A DNA stretch of 64,000 bases from an uncultured Eubacteriales bacterium (GCA_964641455.1 CAZXLH010000002.1:50774-114773), one strand, 5' to 3'; numbered from the stretch's first letter, positions 9,747 to 21,158 are shown. The notes: generated from the sequence alone by a model not told the origin. Made by a program: numbers and translations.

Positions 9747-9835
9747 GTATGCTGTAATAAGGTTAAGTTATAATCCCTTATAGGGTTTTGTGCAAATCCA
9801 TAGCTGCCCTAGGCTAGTGAAAGTAGGCAGATACA

Positions 9836-10291
9836 TTGATGTTTTGGATTCCGTTTCTGGGAGTTGTGGTTCTGGACCAGTTGAGTAAGTGGTATATTAG
9901 ATCGAATTTTGCTCTCGGCCAGTCTCTGCCCATTATCGGTGAGTGGCTGCAGATTGTGTATAGAGAAAACGCAGGTGCCGCTTTTGGTATCCTGGCAGGC
10001 GCAAGATGGTTGTTTATTGTTACAAGCGCTATTAGTGTAGTGCTGGCCGTTTTGCTTCACCCGAAACTATATTCATTCGGGCGGCCTATGGTAATGGCGC
10101 TTGGGCTTGTTGCCGGAGGTGCTTTGGGAAACCTTATTGATAGGATACATCAAACCACAGTAACGGATTTTATATATCTAAAGTATTTTCCTGCAGTGTT
10201 TAACGTAGCCGATGCTGCAATAGTCATTGGAGCTTTCATGATTGGAATTATGTTGATTATTTTACTCCCAAAGGATGAGCCGGTGTTGTGA
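9836..10291 (+). CDS. lspA: Lipoprotein signal peptidase II.
   Basis: The translation contains the motifs NAGAAFG and FNVADAAI and has four TM helices. Confidence 0.85.
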   Translation: MMFWIPFLGVVVLDQLSKWYIRSNFALGQSLPIIGEWLQIVYRENAGAAFGILAGARWLFIVTSAISVVLAVLLHPKLYSFGRPMVMALGLVAGGALGNLIDRIHQTTVTDFIYLKYFPAVFNVADAAIVIGAFMIGIMLIILLPKDEPVL

Positions 10292-11307
10292 AAGACAGTA
10301 ATAAATCTCGTTTGCAAATAAAGGAAACTGTAACACGTTTGGTCGTACGAAATGAAAACTCAAACGACAGGTTAGATGTTTTTGCTGCTGCACAACTTGA
10401 ATCCGGTATTTCTCGATCACAAATCCAGGCCTTCATTAAGCAGGGAAGAGTTATGTTGAACGGCATGGTTGTGACTAAACCTTCGATTAGAGTGAAAACC
10501 AATGATGTTGTCGAGGTAGCAATTCCTCATCCGGAGAAATGGGATTTAGAAGCCGAGGATATTTCCTTAGACATAATATACGAAAACAATAATGTTCTTG
10601 TAGTAAATAAACCAAGGGGAATGGTGGTTCATCCGGCAGCAGGCCATAAACGAGGAACCTTAGTCAACGCAATATTAAGTTATTGTCCGGAAATCGCCGG
10701 AGTAGGGGACAACATGCGCCCGGGAATAGTTCACCGGTTAGACAAGGATACTACCGGCGTGCTGGTGGTTGCCAAAAACGAAACGACACTTAGGCAACTT
10801 CAAACTCAGATGAAGAACAGGAAGGCAAAACGGGAATATGTTGTTTTGTGTAAGGGCCGTATAGGGAAAGATCAAGGAATTGTTGATGCACCTATTGGCC
10901 GGCATCCTGTAGACCGCAAACGGATGGCTGTAATCACGACGGAGCCAGGTATTTCTCCTCGAACCAGAGCCAGAGAAGCAGTAACACAGTGGCAAGTGGT
11001 TACGAGGTTTGATTCTGCCTATACACTCATAATTGCCAGGCTGCTCACGGGTAGAACCCACCAGATTCGCGTTCATATGTCTTACATAGGCCATCCTGTA
11101 GCCGGAGATCGTGTGTATGGTAGAACAGGAAGAAAACTAAAACTTTCAGGCCAGGCGCTTCATGCATTTAGGCTTGGATTGTTTCTAGGCGAGAATTACG
11201 ATGAGTACCAGGAATTTACAGCGCCGTTACCTGCAGATTTTGCTCAGGTACTGCTTAGTCTAAAAAACAAACATAGGGAGGAGCTTCCTTCATGGTTAAT
11301 GATCTAG
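10288..11307 (+). CDS. rluD: RluA-family 23S rRNA pseudouridine synthase, RluD-like, with an N-terminal S4 domain.
   Basis: The translation contains HRLDKDTTGVLVVAKN. Its GTGA start overlaps the lspA stop. Confidence 0.8.
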   Translation: MKDSNKSRLQIKETVTRLVVRNENSNDRLDVFAAAQLESGISRSQIQAFIKQGRVMLNGMVVTKPSIRVKTNDVVEVAIPHPEKWDLEAEDISLDIIYENNNVLVVNKPRGMVVHPAAGHKRGTLVNAILSYCPEIAGVGDNMRPGIVHRLDKDTTGVLVVAKNETTLRQLQTQMKNRKAKREYVVLCKGRIGKDQGIVDAPIGRHPVDRKRMAVITTEPGISPRTRAREAVTQWQVVTRFDSAYTLIIARLLTGRTHQIRVHMSYIGHPVAGDRVYGRTGRKLKLSGQALHAFRLGLFLGENYDEYQEFTAPLPADFAQVLLSLKNKHREELPSWLMI

Positions 11308-11963
11308 ATCGAAAACATATGGCAGAAAGGGTAGCAAAGATATTGATAGATATAGAGGCGGTAGGAGCCAGGCCTGATGAGCCCTTTACATTGACTTCCG
11401 GAACCAAGAGCCCGGTGTACATAGACTGCCGCAGATTGATTTCGTTTGTGCCTGAGAGGGAGGAGGCTGTACGGTTTTTGCAGCAGCTGGTTCAAGATTC
11501 GGTAGATGGCCCAATAGGCGCAATTGCAGGTGGCGAGACTGCAGGGATTCCGTACGCTGCTTTTCTTAGCTGGCAGATGGGGCTTCCCATGCTTTATGTA
11601 CGAAAAAAACCCAAAGGGTTTGGGAAAAACGCCATGGTCGAAGGCGATGTTATTGATGGGTCACGTGTGGTTCTTATTGAAGACCTGATTTTTGACGGTG
11701 GGAGCAAAGTGAATTTCATTGAAGGCCTCAGGAAGGCTGGGTTGGCAGTAAACCACGTGTTTACCATTGCTTCTTATGCACTTTATGACGAGTACGAGAA
11801 AACCCTTGGTTCAATTGATGCAAAGGTGTCATGGCTTACTGACTGGCCTACAATTGTTGATGTGGCAGAAGACACAGGGTATTTTAGCAAAGACGAAGCC
11901 GCCAAAGTAAGAGATTTCCTGGCAGATCCACACAGATGGTCCAGGGCACGGGGTGGAAAATAA
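11292..11963 (+). CDS. pyrE: Orotate phosphoribosyltransferase.
   Basis: An AGGGAGGAG RBS precedes the start, and the PRTase fold motif VVLIEDLIFDGGS is present. Confidence 0.8.
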   Translation: MVNDLDRKHMAERVAKILIDIEAVGARPDEPFTLTSGTKSPVYIDCRRLISFVPEREEAVRFLQQLVQDSVDGPIGAIAGGETAGIPYAAFLSWQMGLPMLYVRKKPKGFGKNAMVEGDVIDGSRVVLIEDLIFDGGSKVNFIEGLRKAGLAVNHVFTIASYALYDEYEKTLGSIDAKVSWLTDWPTIVDVAEDTGYFSKDEAAKVRDFLADPHRWSRARGGK

Positions 11964-12137
11964 TAAGGTCTTGGGTAAGCAGCCAATGAATTCTGTCCAG
12001 TGAATTCTCTAGTGAACTTAACTGAGGATTAGTTTTGATTATTGCAATAAACCCGAAACGCGAAATCCCAATGAATTGGCTATGAGAACTGGATATAAGA
12101 AAGATGGAAGGCTTTGTAAAACAGCAGTCCCGCTGAA

Positions 12138-12277
12138 AGTTGTATGAATTTCAAGCAGCTGTATAGAAAAACTACAGCTTTTGGGAAAGTTGCTCAATTT
12201 CCATACAGGTTTCTAAAAAGCTGTATAGATTCTGTACAGGTTCCGCCAGGAGTTGTATGAATTTCAAGCAGCTGTAT
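12138..12277. repeat. Two copies of a 27-bp direct repeat, AGTTGTATGAATTTCAAGCAGCTGTAT, at 12138-12164 and 12251-12277.
   Basis: The two copies are exact matches read directly from the sequence. About ten further bases upstream of each copy are weakly similar. Confidence 0.9.
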
Positions 12278-12292
12278 GGATTTTATACAGGC
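12157..12292. promoter_or_regulatory. Three operator-like palindromes of the form AGCTGTA-N9-TACAG(C/G)(T/C), at 12157-12179, 12219-12241 and 12270-12292.
   Basis: The inverted repeats were read directly from the sequence. Their centres are 61 and 51 bp apart, and they lie upstream of a lipoprotein gene. Confidence 0.45.
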
Positions 12293-12386
12293 CCCTCCGT
12301 TATTGGATGTTTGGGAACTTGGTTCGAGCAAAGGAACCTTTTGCTCCTGTTTGGAGTCTAAAAGGCTAGTTCGGAGGTGGTTACTA

Positions 12387-12839
12387 GTGAAAAAACGGTC
12401 AATGCTGTACCTATCGATATGCGTTATGGCCTTGGCGCTTATAGTATCAGGTTGTACACCGGCCCAAGAGAAAGAACCTATAGCCATGGAGCCGTCAATT
12501 GAAGAGGAGCTCCAGCAAGTCCATCCAGATGAAGATGTGAACTATACATTCAACACGCGATTTTCTCTGAATAATGCATTGGATAGGGTAGGCCAGCTCA
12601 AGAAAATGTCTATGCCCCAAGGCGAGCAATCAATGGCTTTTACCAATTCCGTAGGTGCTATTGAAGGTACTTTGATGAAACAGGATTATGAAATAAAGAA
12701 ACTTGATTTTGAACTTGCCAAGGTACTTTTCAGAGACGGTGAAATAACTCAAGAACAGTTAGACCAAAAAGAAGCTGCTTATAATGAAACTCTAAACGCT
12801 TTCAAGGCCTTCTGGGACTCGTTCGGGATTTCAGATTGA
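12387..12839 (+). CDS. Putative lipoprotein of unknown function.
   Basis: A GGAGGTGG RBS precedes a GTG start. The signal peptide ends in the lipobox LIVSGC. Confidence 0.6.
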   Translation: MKKRSMLYLSICVMALALIVSGCTPAQEKEPIAMEPSIEEELQQVHPDEDVNYTFNTRFSLNNALDRVGQLKKMSMPQGEQSMAFTNSVGAIEGTLMKQDYEIKKLDFELAKVLFRDGEITQEQLDQKEAAYNETLNAFKAFWDSFGISD

Positions 12840-12899
12840 CCATGAAACCGTAAATATGGAGCAATTGTAACTTTACTTTAGATCAAATGGGCCGGAATC

Positions 12900-12947
12900 G
12901 CCGGGAACAAGCATCGTAATCCAGGGGTTCCGGCTCAATAATTTTAT
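12900..12947 (+). terminator. Candidate intrinsic terminator after the lipoprotein gene.
   Basis: A stem (GCCGGGAAC / GGTTCCGGC) containing one bulge is followed by TCAATAATTTTAT. Confidence 0.35.
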
Positions 12948-12952
12948 AGATC

Positions 12953-13958
<1,006 letters not shown>

Positions 13959-14150
13959 CCTTATTTGATATTCTATCATTCGGAGCTTGCTCATAAATAA
14001 CCAGTCTGCAATAACGAGCAAATATCCTGCAATTTACTTCGGCATTTTCAACTGATGCATGCCCCAAACACTTTTCCAGAGAGGGCGACCCTGTGTTGTA
14101 TTGATTTCCCGGTGTACTGATTTTCCAAATCATAGGAGGTGTTCTCCAAG

Positions 14151-15767
14151 TTGAGAAAAAGACTGGTAATGGTCCTTACGGCATTGTTTCTTACCATGAG
14201 TCTTTTGGCCGGCTGTGGTCCTAAAGCTCCCGAAGAACCGGAAGGGCCTACAGTAGTTAAGGGAGGATTTTTCGAGGATTACATGACAGGCGATCCAAAG
14301 GGCCTCGACGTACAGGAAAGCACTATGTTGGTCAACTATGAACTGGCACGGCTCATGTTTAGCACGTTGGTTAGGTACAAAGGCGCCACAACTGAACTTG
14401 AGCCTGAACTTTTGGCTGAAATGCCTGAAGTGTCTCCAGATGGTTTAACCTATACCTTTGAACTTAAGCAAGGCGTAATCTTTCATGATGGTGAAACTGA
14501 GCTTAAGTCAGATGATGTAAAATTCACTATTGAACGTATGCTTTCCCCAGAAGGAAAAGGGCTTTCTGCATGGCTATTCGATCCTATAAAAGGTGCCCAG
14601 GATATAATAGACGGCAAAAGTACTTCTCTTGAAGGATTTAAGAAAATAGATGATTACAAATTCGAAATCACACTAGAGGAGCCTTATGCCCCGTTCTTGC
14701 AGAATCTTGCGGTGCCGTCGGCTTCTGTTTACTCTGAAAGCATCGTGACCGCTGCAGGCGAAGATTTTGGGATTAACCCAATGGGCACAGGCCCCTTTAA
14801 ATTAAAGAAGTATACTCCTCAGGACGAAATTGTATTGGAGAAGCATACAGAATATTTTGAAGAAGGCCTCCCCTATCTTGATGGCGTAAGGTACAGGATT
14901 TTGGCTTCGACTACCGCGATTATGGAGTTTGAGAACGAGACCCTTGACATAGTTGCAGTCGGTGTTGAAGATCACAACCGGTTTGTAGAATCCGACCTTT
15001 ACACATTGCTTGAAGCTAACCCCCTCAACACATATTACTTTCTTATAAACCAGTCTAATGAAGATTGGGCTGACTTAAGGGTTCGTAAAGCTTTGGCGCT
15101 TAGCTTTAATAAGGAGGAGTTTGTTGAGTCGTTTTATCCCGGCGGCCGGGCTGAGGTGGCTACATCCTTTGTTACCCCTGGAATACCCGGGGCGTTTGAA
15201 AAAGGTGAAGGGCCTGCATATGATTACGATTTGGAAGCGGCCAAGGCTCTTATCGAAGAAGTGGTAACAGAAACCGGCAAACCTGTCGTTGTTGAGGCCT
15301 GGCAGCGGGGCGGCGGAGATACTATTAGCGATGCTAACCTTGCATTCCAGGCCATGGCTAAGGAAGCCGGTATTGATCTTAAGATAATTCCGGTTGAAGC
15401 AGGTGTTTTCAATTCGTCAAGACGGCAGGGTGATATTCCGGCAAACTATGGCAACTGGTGGGCAGACATACCTGACGCAGACAACTACATCGGCACTTTC
15501 TTTGCACGTGGCAACCAAATGTCATCAGGATATAACAATCCGGAAATTCAAGACAAAATCGAACAAGCCAAAATAGAAGTTGACCCTGATAAGCGTGCTG
15601 AGCTTTATCAGGAAATTGAGACTGTGCTGATTGGAGATGAAGTAGCTGTAATTCCCCTGTTCCATACCAAACAGTTTCGGTTTGTACATCCAAATGTTAA
15701 GGGTGTTATTATGCACCCCACGGGAATTGTGATGATTAGCACAGCTTACAAGGAAGTACCGGAATAA
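14151..15767 (+). CDS. oppA: Oligopeptide/dipeptide ABC transporter substrate-binding lipoprotein (SBP family 5).
   Basis: The signal peptide ends LLAGC and the protein is about 540 aa. An AGGAGG RBS at 14134 is followed by a TTG at 14151. The ORF track instead starts at a GTG at 14139, which overlaps the RBS. Confidence 0.8.
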   Translation: MRKRLVMVLTALFLTMSLLAGCGPKAPEEPEGPTVVKGGFFEDYMTGDPKGLDVQESTMLVNYELARLMFSTLVRYKGATTELEPELLAEMPEVSPDGLTYTFELKQGVIFHDGETELKSDDVKFTIERMLSPEGKGLSAWLFDPIKGAQDIIDGKSTSLEGFKKIDDYKFEITLEEPYAPFLQNLAVPSASVYSESIVTAAGEDFGINPMGTGPFKLKKYTPQDEIVLEKHTEYFEEGLPYLDGVRYRILASTTAIMEFENETLDIVAVGVEDHNRFVESDLYTLLEANPLNTYYFLINQSNEDWADLRVRKALALSFNKEEFVESFYPGGRAEVATSFVTPGIPGAFEKGEGPAYDYDLEAAKALIEEVVTETGKPVVVEAWQRGGGDTISDANLAFQAMAKEAGIDLKIIPVEAGVFNSSRRQGDIPANYGNWWADIPDADNYIGTFFARGNQMSSGYNNPEIQDKIEQAKIEVDPDKRAELYQEIETVLIGDEVAVIPLFHTKQFRFVHPNVKGVIMHPTGIVMISTAYKEVPE

Positions 15768-15836
15768 TTAAGTATAGACAGTCAAAGCGAAGGTGCGCCG
15801 CAAAGCGCACCTTCCCGCTACACGGGGTGATATTAT

Positions 15837-16754
15837 ATGGTCAACTACATTGTTCGCCGACTCCTTATTGCCATTCCAGTCTTAATCGGGATAACACTTA
15901 TTACATTTATTTTGCTCAACGTTGTTCCTGGCGATCCCGTGGAAATCATGCTGAAACGGTCAGATGACGCTACCATTGAAAAAGTCCGCGAGCAGCTCGG
16001 ATTAAACGATCCGTTAGCCGTTCAATACGGAAGGTTTGTGCGCAATGCTTGTAAGGGCGATCTTGGCAAATCGTTTATTACCGGATTACCGGTATCCGGT
16101 ATGATCAAAACTGCGTTTCCAAACACCATAAGGCTTGCGCTCACTGCGTTTGTGGTTGCAAGTATCATAGGGCTCATAGTTGGGATTGTATCGGCGGTCA
16201 AACAATATTCATTCCTGGATCACTTTCTTATGATTGGCGCGCTCTTAGGCATTAGCGCCCCTGCTTTTTGGGTAGCTACCATTGCCCAACTGATATTTGG
16301 GCTTAAACTAAAGCTCTTGCCTATTTCAGGGTATTCAAGCCCTAAAGATATGATTTTGCCTGCCTTGGTACTGGGAACCAGATATGCCGCTTCAATAGCA
16401 AGATATACCCGAACTACTTTGCTTGATGTCATAAGGCAAGATTACATTCGCACAGCCAGGGCAAAAGGCTTGGCAGAGAAAACAGTGGTATTTGGCCATG
16501 CCCTGAAGAATGCCTTGATACCGGTTGTAACTATTATGGGAATGCAGATAGGTGGGCTCTTAACCGGAGCACTCATGGTCGAAACTATCTTTGCCATCCC
16601 GGGAGTCGGAAGATTGTCGGTTTGGGCACTGAATAACCGGGACTTTCCTCTGGTTCAAGGTACGGTTCTTTTTAACGCATGTATATTTGTATTCGTAAAC
16701 ATTCTGGTAGATGTCATGTACGGCTATCTTGACCCGAGAATAAGACTGCGCTAG
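15837..16754 (+). CDS. oppB: ABC transporter permease, OppB/DppB type.
   Basis: The translation has the N-terminus MVNYIVRRLL and six TM helices, and a GGGGTGA RBS precedes the start. Confidence 0.85.
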   Translation: MVNYIVRRLLIAIPVLIGITLITFILLNVVPGDPVEIMLKRSDDATIEKVREQLGLNDPLAVQYGRFVRNACKGDLGKSFITGLPVSGMIKTAFPNTIRLALTAFVVASIIGLIVGIVSAVKQYSFLDHFLMIGALLGISAPAFWVATIAQLIFGLKLKLLPISGYSSPKDMILPALVLGTRYAASIARYTRTTLLDVIRQDYIRTARAKGLAEKTVVFGHALKNALIPVVTIMGMQIGGLLTGALMVETIFAIPGVGRLSVWALNNRDFPLVQGTVLFNACIFVFVNILVDVMYGYLDPRIRLR

Positions 16755-16765
16755 GAGGTGGGAAC

Positions 16766-17701
16766 GTGGCAAGAAGAACGGAAAACAAAAAGAAAGAAGA
16801 GGTTCTGCAGACATCAGAAGCAAAACAAGAAAGTTCCCATTCCTTGTGGAGCGATTCATGGAAGCGCCTAAAGAGGAATCGTCCGGCCATAGCAGGGCTT
16901 GTATTCATCATATTGCTGACTTTGTCAGCAATATTTGCCCCGTGGTTGGCACCTGCAGATCCTTTGAAGCAGGATCTGCCTAACCGCCTGAAACTTCCAG
17001 GAGCTCCTTCGAACATTACCCGGAATGGTACCTATATTTTAGGGTCTGATACCCTCGGCAGGGACATTCTTTCCAGGCTATTATACGGCGCAAGAATATC
17101 TTTGACTGTTGGGATAGTTACGCAGTTTCTAATAACGGTAATCGGAGTTGCACTTGGTGCTTTGGCAGGATATTACGGGGGTTGGATTGACATGCTTGTG
17201 ATGCGCACAGGAGACATTCTGTTTGCATTTCCCGACCTCCTTTTCTACATCGGGATAATGTTTGCCCTTGGCCCTGGTATCTACAATATGTTTCTTGCAT
17301 TGTCGATAATCGGATGGGCCGGGCGAGCCAGGCTTGTACGTGGCCAGTTTCTTTCGCTTCGTGAATCTGAGTATGTTGAGGCAGCTCGTGCACAAGGCTT
17401 ATCCGATGCCAGGATCATTTTCCACCATATCCTACCTAATTCCTTGGGGCCAATAATTGTATCCATCACCATGGGGATTCCCGGTTCCATGCTCTCAGAG
17501 GCTTCTCTCTCCTACTTGGGATTGGGTATTCTGCCTCCTACTCCCAGCTGGGGCAACATGATTGGTGATGCCAGGCCTTATTTGCGTGCCAATCCGTGGT
17601 TCTCTGTATGGCCAGGCATTGCAATAGTTCTAACTGTCCTGTCATTTAACCTATTGGGCGATGGGCTGCGGGATGCCCTTGATCCCAGGCTGAAAAGATG
17701 A
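16766..17701 (+). CDS. oppC: ABC transporter permease, OppC/DppC type.
   Basis: An AGGAGGTG RBS precedes a GTG start, and the permease is polytopic. Confidence 0.8.
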   Translation: MARRTENKKKEEVLQTSEAKQESSHSLWSDSWKRLKRNRPAIAGLVFIILLTLSAIFAPWLAPADPLKQDLPNRLKLPGAPSNITRNGTYILGSDTLGRDILSRLLYGARISLTVGIVTQFLITVIGVALGALAGYYGGWIDMLVMRTGDILFAFPDLLFYIGIMFALGPGIYNMFLALSIIGWAGRARLVRGQFLSLRESEYVEAARAQGLSDARIIFHHILPNSLGPIIVSITMGIPGSMLSEASLSYLGLGILPPTPSWGNMIGDARPYLRANPWFSVWPGIAIVLTVLSFNLLGDGLRDALDPRLKR

Positions 17702-17831
17702 TTAAGACAAATAACCGTGGATACCTTTTAAATCATAGGATACTTGTAGAATCAAGGGTTAAGTTAAAGAATCTCAAGCAAACTGCAAACGAGCAGTTCT
17801 TATTGACCGAGATTTGAAGGGAGAGCTTGAT

Positions 17832-19034
17832 TTGAACAATTGCCTCAGATATGGAAGCAAATATGTCAAATTGGCTACGGTTTGCAAAGGGTTACTTACT
17901 TTTGCGATCGCTTTGGGTGTTATCTGTATTCTGGGATGTCAACCTGAACCGACTCCTCCTGATGCAGAGATACTAACAAGAGCAAACAAAATCATAGAAA
18001 CAACAATACAAGAGGCAAAGATTTGCGATGAGGAAGCCATTTTTACTATTACGGCTTCGGTAGAAGACGGCAGAGTTATCTTAGCCGGAGAGACAACTGA
18101 GCTGGAAATCAAGGAAACTATTGTACTGGAGATTTTGGATATTCCCGGAGTAAAGGTAATTGACGAAGTAACAATGTTTCCTGCTGCAGAACTGGGCGAT
18201 AAGATATGGGCAGTTGTCAAAGAGCCTGTAATCAATCTAGGCGATGCTCCGGGCCAATCTGAAGGCAAGAACACAGTAACTCAGGCCAGAATGGGCGATA
18301 TCGTACTTGTTCTGCTTAAGAAGGATGATTGGTACCTGGTTCAGATGGAAGATAAGTATCTTGGCTGGGCTGATCCTAATCACATTACGCTTTATGATTT
18401 AACATCCCTTAATGATTATTGGTCTGGGCAAGTTGCTCTGATTGAAACCAAAATGGCAGAGGCATTGGACGAACCTGAGGGCCAGCAATTATTTAGCCGG
18501 TGGCTGGTGCAGGGAACGGTGCTCCCTCTTGCTTCCGTTGATCCTGAGTGGTCTCAACTTAAACTTCCCGATGGCAACATCTGCTTTGTCAGAACTTCCG
18601 GTATCAAGAGTTTTTCTAACAGGGATAGTGTGTTTGCCGAAAAAAAGAGTGCCGAGGACGTAATTGCAACGGCGAAGCAGTATATAGGCCTTCCCTATCT
18701 GTGGGGCGGTTGCACTTCATACGGGTTTGACTGCTCAGGTTTTACTCAGTTTTGCATGAAAATAAATGGTTATCACATTAGGCGAGACGCTGATATCCAA
18801 TATGAACAAGGTGAACCGGTGAGAGCAATAGTCGACTTGAAACCAGGCGACCTGGTGTTTTTTGAAACATATAGGCCCGGCCCTTCACATGTAGGGATTT
18901 ACATAGGCGATTATCGTTACATTCATGCAGGGAGCAGTGCCGGAGTTGCCATTAATAGTTTCTACCCTTCCCACTCTGACTACTCAGCGTCTTTAGCCGG
19001 CAAATTCTTAGAAGGACGTCGAATCATCAAATAA
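17832..19034 (+). CDS. SH3b-domain NlpC/P60 (C40) peptidase lipoprotein, YkfC-like gamma-D-Glu-L-diamino-acid endopeptidase.
   Basis: The C-terminal C40 domain carries the motifs [14 protein letters not shown] and H-x-G. The lipobox-like sequence is ICILGC. The start was taken at the TTG after a GAAGGGAGAG RBS; the ORF track starts at 17814. Confidence 0.7.
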   Translation: MNNCLRYGSKYVKLATVCKGLLTFAIALGVICILGCQPEPTPPDAEILTRANKIIETTIQEAKICDEEAIFTITASVEDGRVILAGETTELEIKETIVLEILDIPGVKVIDEVTMFPAAELGDKIWAVVKEPVINLGDAPGQSEGKNTVTQARMGDIVLVLLKKDDWYLVQMEDKYLGWADPNHITLYDLTSLNDYWSGQVALIETKMAEALDEPEGQQLFSRWLVQGTVLPLASVDPEWSQLKLPDGNICFVRTSGIKSFSNRDSVFAEKKSAEDVIATAKQYIGLPYLWGGCTSYGFDCSGFTQFCMKINGYHIRRDADIQYEQGEPVRAIVDLKPGDLVFFETYRPGPSHVGIYIGDYRYIHAGSSAGVAINSFYPSHSDYSASLAGKFLEGRRIIK

Positions 19035-19059
19035 GGCAACCGGCAGAGGTGAGGTCATT

Positions 19060-20076
19060 ATGAATAATTTGTCAGCAGGTGAACCATTGTTGCAAGTATG
19101 CGATCTTACTACCAAGTTTTTCACCGACGACGGTGTTGTAACAGCCGTGGACAGAGTATCCTTCAATATTGGGGAAGGCGAGACTTTGGGGATGGTTGGT
19201 GAATCAGGATGTGGTAAGTCAGTTACATCATTGTCTATCATGCGGCTTATTCCTTCGCCTCCTGGAAAAATAACATCTGGGGAAGTTACTTTCGAAGGTG
19301 AGGACTTGCTTGCAAAATCGGAAGCAGAGATGCGTTCAGTGCGAGGAAACAAGATCTCGATGATATTTCAAGAGCCAATGACATCACTGAATCCTGTTTA
19401 CACTATAGGAACTCAAATATCTGAAACTATACTTTTACATCAAGACGTATCCAAGGAGGATGCCAAGCACAAAACCATTCAAATGCTCAAATTGGTTGGC
19501 ATTCCAGAGCCTGAGAGGCGGTATGTAGAATATCCACACCAATTGTCAGGTGGTATGAGGCAGCGTGTGATGATAGCCATGGCTCTGTCCTGTAACCCAA
19601 AACTACTAGTGGCAGACGAACCTACAACTGCCCTTGACGTTACGATTCAGGCTCAGATACTTGATTTGATTAGGCGTCTTAGGGCTGAAACAGGAATGAG
19701 TGTGCTTCTTATAACCCATGATCTTGGAGTAATCGCTGAGATGGCACACCGGGTTGTAGTCATGTATGCCGGCCAGATATTTGAAGAAGCTTCTTGTGAA
19801 GCTCTTTTTGAAACGCCGTGTCATCCGTATACTACTGCGCTTTTGAGGTCAATTCCCCGCATGGATGCAGACAGGGGCCGCCTGCATGTTATCGAAGGTA
19901 TGGTTCCGAATCTGCTTGAATTACCTGACGGTTGTAGATTTCATCCCAGGTGTAGTGAGGCTGAAGAGATTTGCAGAGAAGCCGTTCCTGAACTACTCAC
20001 TTTAGAGGGCAACCATAGGGTTCGGTGCTTTAAGAGAGGCTCCGGACCTGAGGAGGTGAGCCAATGGGCACAATAG
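19060..20076 (+). CDS. oppD: Oligopeptide ABC transporter ATP-binding protein.
   Basis: The translation has the Walker A motif GESGCGKS, the signature LSGGMRQR, and an OppD-type C-terminal domain. A GAGGTGAGG RBS precedes the start. Confidence 0.85.
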   Translation: MNNLSAGEPLLQVCDLTTKFFTDDGVVTAVDRVSFNIGEGETLGMVGESGCGKSVTSLSIMRLIPSPPGKITSGEVTFEGEDLLAKSEAEMRSVRGNKISMIFQEPMTSLNPVYTIGTQISETILLHQDVSKEDAKHKTIQMLKLVGIPEPERRYVEYPHQLSGGMRQRVMIAMALSCNPKLLVADEPTTALDVTIQAQILDLIRRLRAETGMSVLLITHDLGVIAEMAHRVVVMYAGQIFEEASCEALFETPCHPYTTALLRSIPRMDADRGRLHVIEGMVPNLLELPDGCRFHPRCSEAEEICREAVPELLTLEGNHRVRCFKRGSGPEEVSQWAQ

Positions 20077-21092
20077 CAGAGATTACGGATGTAAATGTTG
20101 AACAACCTATGCTTGATCCCAACCACCTTATGGAAGTAAACGGGTTGGTCAAATGGTTTCCGATTAGAGGTGGAGTGTTTCAGAAAACCATTGGCCACGT
20201 TAAAGCAGTAGATGACGTGAGTTTTTTTATCAGACATGGAGAGACTCTTGGGCTTGTGGGTGAAAGCGGGTGTGGAAAAACCACTACCGCCAGGACCATG
20301 CTCAGGTTAATTGAACCGACTGAAGGGGAAGTGGTTTTTGATGGTGTAAACTTACTGAACTTAGGAAAAGACGAGTTAAGTAAGATTCGCCCAAAAATGC
20401 AAGTGATCTTCCAAGACCCTTACGGTTCGCTCAACCCTCGGTTTACAGTCGGTGAAATAATAGGAGAAGCGCTGGAGTTTCATGGGATGGCCAGAGGGAA
20501 AGAACTAAATGACAGAGTGTCCCACCTTTTGGAAATGGTAGGGCTTTCTCCGTATCATGTTCAACGGTATCCCCACGAATTTTCCGGCGGGCAACGCCAG
20601 AGGATAGGCATAGCCAGAGCTATTGCTACTGACCCCAAACTGATAGTGTGTGACGAACCTGTTTCCGCTCTTGATGTATCGATACAAAGCCAGATACTGA
20701 ATCTGTTGGAAGACCTCCAGGAGCAATTTGGGGTGTCTTATCTTTTTATAGCTCATGGATTGCATGTAGTTAAGCACATATCTGATCGTGTAGGCGTGAT
20801 GTATCTTGGGAAGATAATTGAAGTCGCTGAAAGCAATAATATCTATGAAAATCCTTTACACCCTTATACCAGGGCACTGATTTCGGCTATACCCATCCCA
20901 AACCCAAAAGCCAAGCGGCATCGTATCATTCTTGAAGGTGATGTTCCTAGCCCTGTAAATCCGCCTTCAGGATGCGGGTTTCGGACTCGGTGCCGGTTTG
21001 CGGCCAAGATTTGCGAGAATGAAGAGCCTGTTTTAGGCGAAGTGGCTACAGGCCATTTCGTAGCATGCCATAATTTTGATCGGTTATTATGA
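20064..21092 (+). CDS. oppF: Oligopeptide ABC transporter ATP-binding protein.
   Basis: The translation has the Walker A motif GESGCGKT and the signature FSGGQRQR. Its start overlaps the end of oppD. Confidence 0.85.
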   Translation: MGTIAEITDVNVEQPMLDPNHLMEVNGLVKWFPIRGGVFQKTIGHVKAVDDVSFFIRHGETLGLVGESGCGKTTTARTMLRLIEPTEGEVVFDGVNLLNLGKDELSKIRPKMQVIFQDPYGSLNPRFTVGEIIGEALEFHGMARGKELNDRVSHLLEMVGLSPYHVQRYPHEFSGGQRQRIGIARAIATDPKLIVCDEPVSALDVSIQSQILNLLEDLQEQFGVSYLFIAHGLHVVKHISDRVGVMYLGKIIEVAESNNIYENPLHPYTRALISAIPIPNPKAKRHRIILEGDVPSPVNPPSGCGFRTRCRFAAKICENEEPVLGEVATGHFVACHNFDRLL

Positions 21093-21158
21093 AGTTTCGT
21101 TTTGAATCAAGTTAGGTTCAGAGATGAACATTGCCGACTCCTTCCCTCTCTTGTGACA

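Noticed and set aside
12188-12203. A possible sigma-54 promoter, -24/-12 (GG ... TTGC), in the repeat region.
   Set aside because: The GG-to-GC spacing is 8 rather than the 10-11 required, so it does not fit the TGGCAC-N5-TTGCW consensus.
12157-12292. The CTGTA...TACAG palindromes resemble the E. coli LexA SOS box.
   Set aside because: The spacing is CTGT-N11-ACAG, not CTGT-N8-ACAG. The LexA protein in this window is Gram-positive-type, which is expected to bind GAAC-N4-GTTC.
14121-14135. A CodY-box-like sequence, TGATTTTCCAAATCA, upstream of oppA.
   Set aside because: It matches only about 9 of 15 positions of AATTTTCWGAAAATT. That is too weak to call without comparative data.
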